Assembly (NCBI GenBank): GCA_037445775.1 | Contig: JBBIJX010000003.1 | Span: 3,315-67,314 of the forward strand | Source: Actinomycetota bacterium | GTDB taxonomy: Bacteria > Actinomycetota > Coriobacteriia > Anaerosomatales > PHET01 | Direction of reading: 5' to 3' | Length of the DNA stretch: 64,000 bases | In this document: positions 24,666 through 32,029 of the stretch, piece by piece | Position numbering within the stretch: the stretch's first letter is position 1 | Layout: every line of letters starts with the position of its first letter | Position numbers and translations under genes: made by a program | Notes under the pieces: model-generated | What the model was told of the DNA's origin: nothing | Database searches by the model: none | Seen by the model: the letters and a program-made list of their open reading frames with translations, nothing else

Positions 24666-25021
24666 TCAAGCGCCCCTTTTCGCCATGCGTACGCGAGGCC
24701 GAGCCCGAGCAGCGCGACGAAGGCGCCCACCGCCACGAGCGCGAACGCGCTGCCGCGCAACTCGGATGCGACGGCGAACAGAAGGATCGCCTCAGCATCG
24801 AAGATCACGAAGAGCATGGCGACCGTCGAGAATCGCATGTGCTGGAGCGACCATGGCGCACCGGCCTGCTCGAGTCCGCACTCGAAGGGTGTCAGCTTCT
24901 CAGGATACGGCCTGTGGGGCGCAAGCAGGCGGTTCGCGATGAAAACGACGCCGATGAAGCCCGCCGCGGCAGCGACCATCCCCACCACGAACAGCAGTCC
25001 CTGCGTCACCGCTCCCGACAT
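24653..25021 (-). CDS. nuoA: NADH-quinone oxidoreductase subunit A
   Basis: Start at ATG 25021 (MSGAVTQGLLFVV...EKLTPFECG), preceded by GGGGAGG. The track start at 25162 runs into the promoter region. Confidence 0.85.
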   Translation of the reverse strand: MSGAVTQGLLFVVGMVAAAAGFIGVVFIANRLLAPHRPYPEKLTPFECGLEQAGAPWSLQHMRFSTVAMLFVIFDAEAILLFAVASELRGSAFALVAVGAFVALLGLGLAYAWRKGALEWRS

Positions 25022-25108
25022 CGCGCCTCCCCGCGGCCGCCTTTCGACCGCCAAAGTCCAGAAGGCGGATCGAACGCGCACGACGCATCGCCAGGACGCG
25101 TCTGCGCA

Positions 25109-25148
25109 AGTGTAGAGAACACCAACTCTTTTGTAAATATTGTTACAA
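25109..25148 (-). promoter_or_regulatory. Candidate nuo promoter with overlapping 18-bp palindrome (Rex-operator-like)
   Basis: Minus strand reads TTTACA (25137-25132), 17 nt spacer, TACACT (25114-25109). TTGTAAATATTGTTACAA at 25131-25148 has perfect TTGTAA/TTACAA arms. This is the only strongly A/T-rich patch between the ABC-F stop and nuoA. Confidence 0.45.
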
Positions 25149-25189
25149 TCTCGCGCGCACATCCGTCACGAACAGCGAAGATGGTGCTG

Positions 25190-27202
25190 TCAATCAGGTG
25201 TGTCGCGCGGGCCAACACTCTCCTCCTCCAGGCGCGCAATCTCCTCCGAAAGCTCTAGCCAAGCGCTTTCGAGACCCGGCAGGCGCCCCTTCAGGTCAGC
25301 GTACTCCCTCATCGCTTCGTCAAACCGGGCGCGATCCGCGTAGAGCTCAGGGGTCGCCATAAGCTCGACGAGCTCATCATGCCGGCTCTGGAAGCGAGTC
25401 AGCTCTTTCTCGACGCCCTCCAACCGCTCCTTGCGTTCACGGGTAGAGCGATACAGGGTGTTTCGAGCCTCGGCCTCAGCGCGCTTCTGCCCCTTCGTCT
25501 TGGGACCTTGGACTGTCTCATCCGAGGGGACCCTGCGGCCGTCGCTGACGACCGGGGCGCTCGGGGCTTCACTCCCCGCGCTCGCGGCGTCTTCCCGTTC
25601 TGCGCGCTTCCACAGATAGTAGTCGTAGTCTCCATCGAACACCGTGACACGGCCGTCAACGACCTCGATGATCTTGTTCGCCACGGCCCGGATGAGATGC
25701 CTGTCATGCGTAATGAGCGCGATCGTTCCCTCGAACCGGTCGAGCGCCTGTTCGAGGACATCGCTCGATGCGATGTCGAGGTGGTTGGTCGGCTCGTCGA
25801 GGCAGAGGAACGGCGCCGGCTTCACGAGCATCTTGGCGAGTGCCAGCCGCCCCTTCTCGCCGCCTGACAACACGCGCACCTGCTTCATGACGTCATCACC
25901 CTCGAATAGGAACGCGCCGAGGAGGCCGCGCACCTCGTTCTGCGTCCAGCCGGGTGCGATCGCGTCGACTTCGGCGAACACGGTGTTGGAGAGCCCGAGC
26001 GTCTGGAGTTGGTGTTGCGCGAAGTACGTCGTCTCGACATGGGCGCCCAGCTCGCGCGTCCCCGCGTCGAGCGGCGATTCGCCCGCTAGCATCCTGAGCA
26101 GGGTGGACTTGCCCGCACCGTTTGGCCCTACCAGGGCCACCTTATCCCCCCGATACAGGTTCAGGTCGAGCCCGTCGTAGACGACCAGCTCACCGTAGGC
26201 CTTGCGCGCGTTGGCAAGCGAGATGACGAGCTCACCCGTTCGCCGAGGCTGAGGGAAGCGGAACTTGACCCGCTTGCGACCCTCGGGCACCTCCACGAGC
26301 TCGGACTTGATCTTCTCGATGCGTTTGACGCGGTCCTGGGCGGCGACCGCCTTCGTGTTCTTGTAGCGAAAGCGGTCGACGAACGCCTGCATGTGAGCGA
26401 TCTCCTTGAGCTGCGCTTCGCGCTGCTTCGCGAGGCGTTCGAGGGTCAGCTCGCGCTGCTGTTCATAGGCCACGTAGTCACCCACGTAGACGGTCACCCG
26501 CTTGTTCTCGATCTCAGCAACCCTGCTCACGAGCCCGTTGATGAATGCGCGATCGTGGCTGACCATGACGATTGCGCCCTCGTAGGAGCGCAGGAACTCC
26601 TCGAGCCACGTGACGCTCTCGAGATCGAGATGGTTCGTGGGCTCGTCGAGCAGGAGGACGTCGGGCCGCGTGAGCAGAAGCTTCGCGAGAGCGAGCCTCA
26701 TCAGCCACCCGCCTGAGAACTCCGAGCCGTCACGCGCTAGATCAGCCTCGCGGAAACCGAGCCCGCCCAGCACTGCGCGCGCTTCGGCTTCGACCGTGTA
26801 GCCGCCCAGGTGTTCGAAGCGCTCCTGCAGGCGCCCGTATTCTGCGAGCAGGCGCTCCTGCTCTTCTCCCGAAGACGAGGAGATTTCGCCTGCGAGCAGG
26901 CGCAGCCGATGTTCGAGCGAGGTCACGTGTTCGGCTGCGGACAGCGCTTCATCGAGCACGGTGCGTCCGGCCATTTCGATGGCCTCCTGCTCGAGGTAGC
27001 CGACGACAGCGTCTCGAGCGAAGCTCACGCACCCTTCGTCAGCGTCCTGCTTGCCGGCGATGATCTCGAGAAGCGTGGTCTTCCCTGCGCCATTGGGTCC
27101 GACGAGGGCGACACGGTCTCGGACGCCAACGCGCAGCGAAGCGTTCGCGAACAGAACGCGCGATCCGAAGGTCTTGGTCACGTTGTCTACGGCGATGATC
27201 AC
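25190..27202 (-). CDS. ABC-F family ATPase (two ABC cassettes, no TMD; Uup/YheS-like with C-terminal coiled coil)
   Basis: Two Walker A sites ([22 protein letters not shown]), two LSGG signatures ([13 protein letters not shown]), a linker between them, and a charged C-terminal helix. Confidence 0.9.
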   Translation of the reverse strand: MIIAVDNVTKTFGSRVLFANASLRVGVRDRVALVGPNGAGKTTLLEIIAGKQDADEGCVSFARDAVVGYLEQEAIEMAGRTVLDEALSAAEHVTSLEHRLRLLAGEISSSSGEEQERLLAEYGRLQERFEHLGGYTVEAEARAVLGGLGFREADLARDGSEFSGGWLMRLALAKLLLTRPDVLLLDEPTNHLDLESVTWLEEFLRSYEGAIVMVSHDRAFINGLVSRVAEIENKRVTVYVGDYVAYEQQRELTLERLAKQREAQLKEIAHMQAFVDRFRYKNTKAVAAQDRVKRIEKIKSELVEVPEGRKRVKFRFPQPRRTGELVISLANARKAYGELVVYDGLDLNLYRGDKVALVGPNGAGKSTLLRMLAGESPLDAGTRELGAHVETTYFAQHQLQTLGLSNTVFAEVDAIAPGWTQNEVRGLLGAFLFEGDDVMKQVRVLSGGEKGRLALAKMLVKPAPFLCLDEPTNHLDIASSDVLEQALDRFEGTIALITHDRHLIRAVANKIIEVVDGRVTVFDGDYDYYLWKRAEREDAASAGSEAPSAPVVSDGRRVPSDETVQGPKTKGQKRAEAEARNTLYRSTRERKERLEGVEKELTRFQSRHDELVELMATPELYADRARFDEAMREYADLKGRLPGLESAWLELSEEIARLEEESVGPRDTPD

Positions 27203-27273
27203 AGCGCTTCAGTCTATCAACACACCGCGTGGAACTGGCGCGAGCGGACCCGGGCGGTACACGAGCCGAGGAG

Positions 27274-28005
27274 CTAGTCGAGCGGCCGCGCGATGTGAAG
27301 GTAGAGTGCCTCTCCGTCGGGGTCCGTGAGGCCGAGCGGGTAGACGGAGACATGCAATCCGCCGGCGCCTTCCGAGACGCGCTCCTCTACCGGAGAGCCG
27401 GATGCCACTGCGGCGGTCAAGGGGCAGTTGTGGGGCGCATGCCCACTTGCGTGCATCATGGTCGCGCAGACCACGCCCGCGTCATCCATCCCGGCACCCG
27501 TCCGGCGCCAGAACGCCTCGTTTCCCAAGATCACGTTGTGATTGCGGTCGAGCACCATCGCGGGATATGGCAGGCCGTCCAGGAGTGATTGGGCGTCTAT
27601 CGAGAGTGTGCCGTCCGGGCTGGCGGATCGCTCGAGAAGGGTGTCGAGGATCTCGCGCATGCGTCCGGGGTCGAACGGCTTGACGATGAAGTCGTCGACG
27701 CCGGCGCTCTTCGCCTCGCGTTCCACGTAGGGATCGCGCTCGGTGCTGATCATGACAACAGGAGTGCGCGACCACTCGTCCATCCTGCGTAGGCGCCGGA
27801 CGAACTCTATGCCGTCGAGCCCCGGCATGTAATAGTCCGTGAGAATCGCACCGTACCGGTTGGTGAGCATGAGCTCGAGTGCCTCGAACGCATCCTTCGC
27901 CTCATCGACCTCGTAGAGACCCATGCTCGTCAGAGTGACGGCTGCAAGCCGTCGCAGAACCGCGGAATCGTCGACAAGCAGTACTCTCGTTTTCTGGCCA
28001 GCCAT
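27274..28005 (-). CDS. Orphan response regulator: receiver domain + PAS-like sensor domain, no DNA-binding output
   Basis: VLLVDDS...LTDYYMPGLDG...KP are the REC residues. C-terminal PAS-like fold with VVCATMMHASGHAPHNCPL. SD GGGGAG upstream. Confidence 0.8.
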   Translation of the reverse strand: MAGQKTRVLLVDDSAVLRRLAAVTLTSMGLYEVDEAKDAFEALELMLTNRYGAILTDYYMPGLDGIEFVRRLRRMDEWSRTPVVMISTERDPYVEREAKSAGVDDFIVKPFDPGRMREILDTLLERSASPDGTLSIDAQSLLDGLPYPAMVLDRNHNVILGNEAFWRRTGAGMDDAGVVCATMMHASGHAPHNCPLTAAVASGSPVEERVSEGAGGLHVSVYPLGLTDPDGEALYLHIARPLD

Positions 28006-28153
28006 CCGGCACTCCCCGACTGATGAATCCCCTCATCTTCATACATGATTCCCGCATGAAGCGCCAGCGCAACAGGGCGAGTATCCTGCGCGCAGAATAC
28101 GGGGGACAGCACGCGCGAAGCCCCGACAGGTTCGCCGAGGCTTCGGTGGATGC

Positions 28154-28228
28154 TGGTGGGCGATACTGGATTTGAACCAGTGACTTCCACCGTGTGAAGG
28201 TGGCACTCTCCCGCTGAGTTAATCGCCC
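28154..28228 (-). tRNA. tRNA-Val (anticodon CAC), CCA encoded
   Basis: Hand-folded cloverleaf: acceptor GGGCGAT/ATCGCCC, anticodon stem CCACC/GGTGG, loop TTCACAC, T-loop TTCAAAT, 3' ACCA. Confidence 0.9.
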
Positions 28229-28261
28229 TCATGACGCCGCCCTGAGCGGCGAGAACACAGT

Positions 28262-29239
28262 CTAGCGGTAGCCGTTCGGGCGGGCAAGGTGCCAGCGCCA
28301 CGCGTCGCCAACCATCTCTTCGAGAGACGGGCGGGCGGGCGACCACCCCAACTCCGCTCGAGCGCGCTCCGACGAGGCGACGAGCATCGCGGGATCTCCC
28401 TCGCGCCGGGGCCCGAACTCGATCATCACGGACAGGCCGGTGACACGAGAGCATGCCTGCACGACTTCAAGGTTCGTGAAGCCCTCACCGTTGCCCAGGT
28501 TGTAGACGCCGCCCGTGCCACCTGCTCCGAGTCGCTCGAGCCCCAAAGCATGCGCGTCGGCGAGGTCACGGACGTGGATGTAGTCACGAACGCACGTCCC
28601 GTCGCGCGTCGGGTAGTCCGCCCCGAAGACCTCGAAACGGTCCTGCCCGTCACGCATCGCGGTGAGAATTCGCGGGACGATGTGCGTCTCCGGCTTGTGA
28701 GCCTCGCCGATCGAGCCGTCAGGCCACGCGCCGGCGACGTTGAAGTAGCGAAAGCGGACCGCCCGGATTCCCCGCACGGCGTACTGCTCGATGCTTCGCT
28801 CGAACTCCAGCTTGCTCGCGCCGTACGCGTTGACGGGCTGCGTCGGGTCACTCTCGACGATCGGCACCCGCTCAGGCTCGCCATAGACTGCGGCCGTCGA
28901 GGAGAAGACGAGCGCTCCAACGCCTGTCTCGACCATCGCGTCGAGCAGCGCGAGCGGCCCGACGGCGTTCGCCTGCCGGTAGCGCTCCGGTTCGCGCTCC
29001 GACTCGGCGACATCGATGAGCCCCGCCAGGTGCATGACGGCGTCACAGCCCTCGAGTGCGCCAAGCACGGCCTCACTGTCTGAGACGGATCCCTCGACGA
29101 ATCGCGCACGTTCGTCGACCGCGCCGCGCCAGCCGCGCTCGAGCGTATCGAGCACGACGCAGTCGTGACCCCGCTCGATGAGCAGACGCGCAGTGATCGA
29201 TCCGATGTAGCCGGCACCACCGGTCACAAGCACGCGCAT
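28262..29239 (-). CDS. galE: UDP-glucose 4-epimerase
   Basis: MRVLVTGGAGYIGS start (ATG 29239, SD GGAAGGAG), and the YGASK catalytic motif. The track start at 29314 overlaps wecB. Confidence 0.9.
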   Translation of the reverse strand: MRVLVTGGAGYIGSITARLLIERGHDCVVLDTLERGWRGAVDERARFVEGSVSDSEAVLGALEGCDAVMHLAGLIDVAESEREPERYRQANAVGPLALLDAMVETGVGALVFSSTAAVYGEPERVPIVESDPTQPVNAYGASKLEFERSIEQYAVRGIRAVRFRYFNVAGAWPDGSIGEAHKPETHIVPRILTAMRDGQDRFEVFGADYPTRDGTCVRDYIHVRDLADAHALGLERLGAGGTGGVYNLGNGEGFTNLEVVQACSRVTGLSVMIEFGPRREGDPAMLVASSERARAELGWSPARPSLEEMVGDAWRWHLARPNGYR

Positions 29240-29270
29240 GCCGCTCCTTCCGCGGGGTTGACGACGCGCA

Positions 29271-30359
29271 TCAGCGCAGAGGCATGATACCCCGCTTGAG
29301 GGCGCGTACCACACGGTCAGACACTGCGCGGTCCCAGCGCTGCGGCACGGTCCACGTGGAAGGGCGCTCCATCACACGTCTGATCGCAGCCGCGAGTGCA
29401 CGGCCGGAGGCTGGGACCACGCGGTTCGCCCCGCACTCAATGGTGGCCGCCTGCTCGGTGCAGCGCCGCACCGTCAGGCACGGTGTGCCAATGGTGCACG
29501 CCTCGATCTGCACGCCGCTCGAATCGGTTACGACGACCGCGGCGTCCCGCTGGAGCGCGAGCATGCGGTGATAGCTCACCGGCTCGATCGCATCCACGTT
29601 ATGTGGCAGCCTCGTTCCCTCTCGGGCAAGCGCTGCCTTGAGATCGGCCGAGTCAGGTGCGACGACAGGAAGCTTGCACCGCTCGAGTCCCGATACGATG
29701 CCTGCGAGGCGACCTGAGTCGTGCAGGTTCTCCGGTCGATGAACGCTGGCGAGCACGAACCCCCTCCTAGGTACCTCGAACTCAGCGGCAGCGTCGATCG
29801 CAGCCACCTCATCCATCGCGCGACTCACGGACTCGGCCATCGTGCTGCCTACGAAGTGGATGCGCTCCGGATCGATCCCCTCGTCCTCAAGATTCTCGAG
29901 GGCCTCGACCGTGGGCGTCAGGTGCATCGACGCCACCCGCGACACGACCACGCGATTCATCTCGTCCGGAAGACTCAAGTCGCCGCACCGCAACCCGGCA
30001 TCCAGATGCACTACTGGTATGCCGAACCTCGCCGACGTCACGGCCGCTGCGAGCGCCACGCCGGTGTCACCCACCACGAGCGTCGCGTCCGCCCGTTCGG
30101 ACTGGAAGAGCCGTTCGAACGCGAGCATCGGCTCCCCGGCCTGATCCGTGGGCACGCCACCCGCCTGGAGGAACCAGCGCGGTTTGACGATGTCGAGACC
30201 GAAGAAGGAGACGACACCGCCGCGACTCTGCGCGCGCTCCTCGGCACGCGAACTGACGAGCGCGACATCGTACGAGATGCCGGCGCGCGCGAACTCAGGA
30301 AGTACGGGGCCGATCCTGAGCATGTGGGGACGGGCTCCGAGGGCCACGATCAGGTGCAC
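29271..30359 (-). CDS. UDP-N-acetylglucosamine 2-epimerase-like (WecB/MnaA family, divergent)
   Basis: LGARPHMLRIGPV N-terminus, HRPENL, and DSSGVQIEA...G.P are family motifs. Confidence 0.7.
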   Translation of the reverse strand: MHLIVALGARPHMLRIGPVLPEFARAGISYDVALVSSRAEERAQSRGGVVSFFGLDIVKPRWFLQAGGVPTDQAGEPMLAFERLFQSERADATLVVGDTGVALAAAVTSARFGIPVVHLDAGLRCGDLSLPDEMNRVVVSRVASMHLTPTVEALENLEDEGIDPERIHFVGSTMAESVSRAMDEVAAIDAAAEFEVPRRGFVLASVHRPENLHDSGRLAGIVSGLERCKLPVVAPDSADLKAALAREGTRLPHNVDAIEPVSYHRMLALQRDAAVVVTDSSGVQIEACTIGTPCLTVRRCTEQAATIECGANRVVPASGRALAAAIRRVMERPSTWTVPQRWDRAVSDRVVRALKRGIMPLR

Positions 30360-30404
30360 GCGAACACTCCCGTTCGGCAGAAGGTGAGAAGAGGGCCCCT
30401 TCCT

Positions 30405-31559
30405 CTATCGCTCCTTCAGATACGCCATCACTCCCTCTGCTATACCCGTTGCGACCTTGTCCTGATAGTGCGGACTAGCGAGAAGCCGATCCTCCACAGG
30501 ATTCGACAAGAATCCGCATTCAACGAGGATGGCGGGGACCTTCGACCAGTTGAAGCCGGTCAGATCGCCTCGCGCCTTCGCGCCCCGATCGAGAGCGCCG
30601 GTCGAGCGCACCACCGAGCGCTGGACTTGGGATGCCGCACGCTTTGAAGGCGCGTGCGTCTTCTCCGTCCACCGGTTCTTCGCCGGATAGAGCGTCGAGA
30701 TCCCAGCAACGGTCTCGTCGGGGTTACCGTCACCGTGGATTCGCACGAAGAGATCGGCACCTGCCTTGGTGGCGATTCGGGCCCGCTCGCGGTTGCTGAG
30801 ACGCACGTCGTTCGTCGTGCGCGTCATGACCACCTTGACCCCCCGTGACTCGAGAAGGGCCTTGAGGTTCATCGAGATCTGCAGCGCGATCTCGTACTCG
30901 GGAATGGTGGTCTTGACCCCTGTCGTACCACTGGTGACGCTGGGCTTGGTCTTCTTCGACCCAGGACCCAGCGGTTCGGGTGTCGCATCTCCACGCTGCT
31001 GATGCCCGGGGTCGATGCAAACTACCCATCCGCCGCCTTGCCGCTTCTCAGGACTGCGCTTCGCGCTTGCCTTCTTCGGCTCCAGAGTGACGGCTACAGA
31101 GGCTTCGGGTCCGACGAGTGTCCCGGCCGCGGGCTCCTGCGACGAGATGCGGAGCGACCCATCAGGCTCTGTGGACGCACCCGCAGCGCGCTGCGCCATG
31201 AGGGAGAGACGCACCGCGTCGAGCACGACTCTTGCACTGTCCAGCGACATGCCCACGACATCGGGCACCTCCACCGTCAAGGACGCGTGCTCGCGAACGT
31301 CCACGAGTGTGTCCGTCACGGCCCTCGTGGAGTCAGTTGCACCGGCGGTGACGCCGTACAGCGCACCGCCTGCGCCCTCACTGGCTGGCGCTGAAGCGGC
31401 GACAACCGCGGTGACGGGCACAGATGACGCGGGGTCGGTGCCTGAGCCGGATGCCGCCGGTGAGTCTCCGGGAGAGCGCAGCGCGCCCACGGCGACAGCA
31501 ACAGACACGAGTAGCGCAGCCACGGCGACCGACACGACCCAAGGACTCGCCCACGACAT
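30405..31559 (-). CDS. Membrane-anchored N-acetylmuramoyl-L-alanine amidase (Amidase_3) with a PASTA-like domain
   Basis: Start at ATG 31559 with an N-terminal TM helix. VEVPDVVGMSLDSARVVLDAVRLSL...SSQEPAAGTLVGPEASVAVTLE is PASTA-like. CIDPGH...DLFVRIHGDG...ILVECGFLSN is Amidase_3. The track start at 31652 overlaps tRNA-Met. Confidence 0.85.
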   Translation of the reverse strand: MSWASPWVVSVAVAALLVSVAVAVGALRSPGDSPAASGSGTDPASSVPVTAVVAASAPASEGAGGALYGVTAGATDSTRAVTDTLVDVREHASLTVEVPDVVGMSLDSARVVLDAVRLSLMAQRAAGASTEPDGSLRISSQEPAAGTLVGPEASVAVTLEPKKASAKRSPEKRQGGGWVVCIDPGHQQRGDATPEPLGPGSKKTKPSVTSGTTGVKTTIPEYEIALQISMNLKALLESRGVKVVMTRTTNDVRLSNRERARIATKAGADLFVRIHGDGNPDETVAGISTLYPAKNRWTEKTHAPSKRAASQVQRSVVRSTGALDRGAKARGDLTGFNWSKVPAILVECGFLSNPVEDRLLASPHYQDKVATGIAEGVMAYLKER

Positions 31560-31622
31560 TCCGGGGGCGCGGCGGGCACCGGCAGCGCGATTGTGTGTGT
31601 CTCGTTGCACGATGGTCCTTCC

Positions 31623-31697
31623 TGGTGGGCCCGGCAGGATTCGAACCTGCAACCAAGGGATTATGAGTCCCCTGCTCCACCATTGAGCTACGGGCCC
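31623..31697 (-). tRNA. tRNA-Met (anticodon CAT; elongator-type, could be tRNA-Ile2 if lysidinylated), CCA encoded
   Basis: Hand-folded cloverleaf: acceptor GGGCCCG/CGGGCCC with a paired 1:72, anticodon loop CTCATAA, T-loop TTCGAAT. Confidence 0.88.
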
Positions 31698-31835
31698 CCT
31701 CAGGGATACCGCACGATTCTAGCGCAACCGTCGCGAATCACACGGGGTCTCGGCAAGGTGGACGTCTCGGGATCATCGCTACACCACTTGAAATGTCGCC
31801 TTGACTGGAGCCTCAACCGACACGCCTGAGCGCGG

Positions 31836-31864
31836 TTGCAAACCGCGCGTGGCGTGCCTATACT
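31836..31864 (+). promoter_or_regulatory. Candidate promoter of tRNA-Asn
   Basis: TTGCAA (31836-31841), 17 nt spacer, TATACT (31859-31864), about 29 nt upstream of the tRNA 5' end. The -35 lies inside the palindrome GCGCGGTTGCAAACCGCGC. Confidence 0.4.
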
Positions 31865-31892
31865 TCGGACTCGCGCCGCACAGCGGCCCCGT

Positions 31893-31968
<76 letters not shown>

Positions 31969-31976
31969 CAACACCT

Positions 31977-32002
31977 CGAAGGCCCCGATTCCGGGGCCTT
32001 CG
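31977..32002. terminator. Perfect GC-rich hairpin between convergent tRNA-Asn and rpoD (bidirectional terminator candidate)
   Basis: CGAAGGCCCCG-ATTC-CGGGGCCTTCG, an 11-bp perfect stem. It lies 9 nt after the tRNA-Asn 3' end and 28 nt after the rpoD stop. Confidence 0.55.
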
Positions 32003-32029
32003 TCAACTTCGTGATGCGGTTCGGAGGGG

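Noticed and set aside
27930-28454. 174-aa minus-strand ORF spanning the tRNA-Val region
   Set aside because: It runs straight through a well-folded tRNA gene and the 3' end of galE. It has no SD and a junk-like composition.
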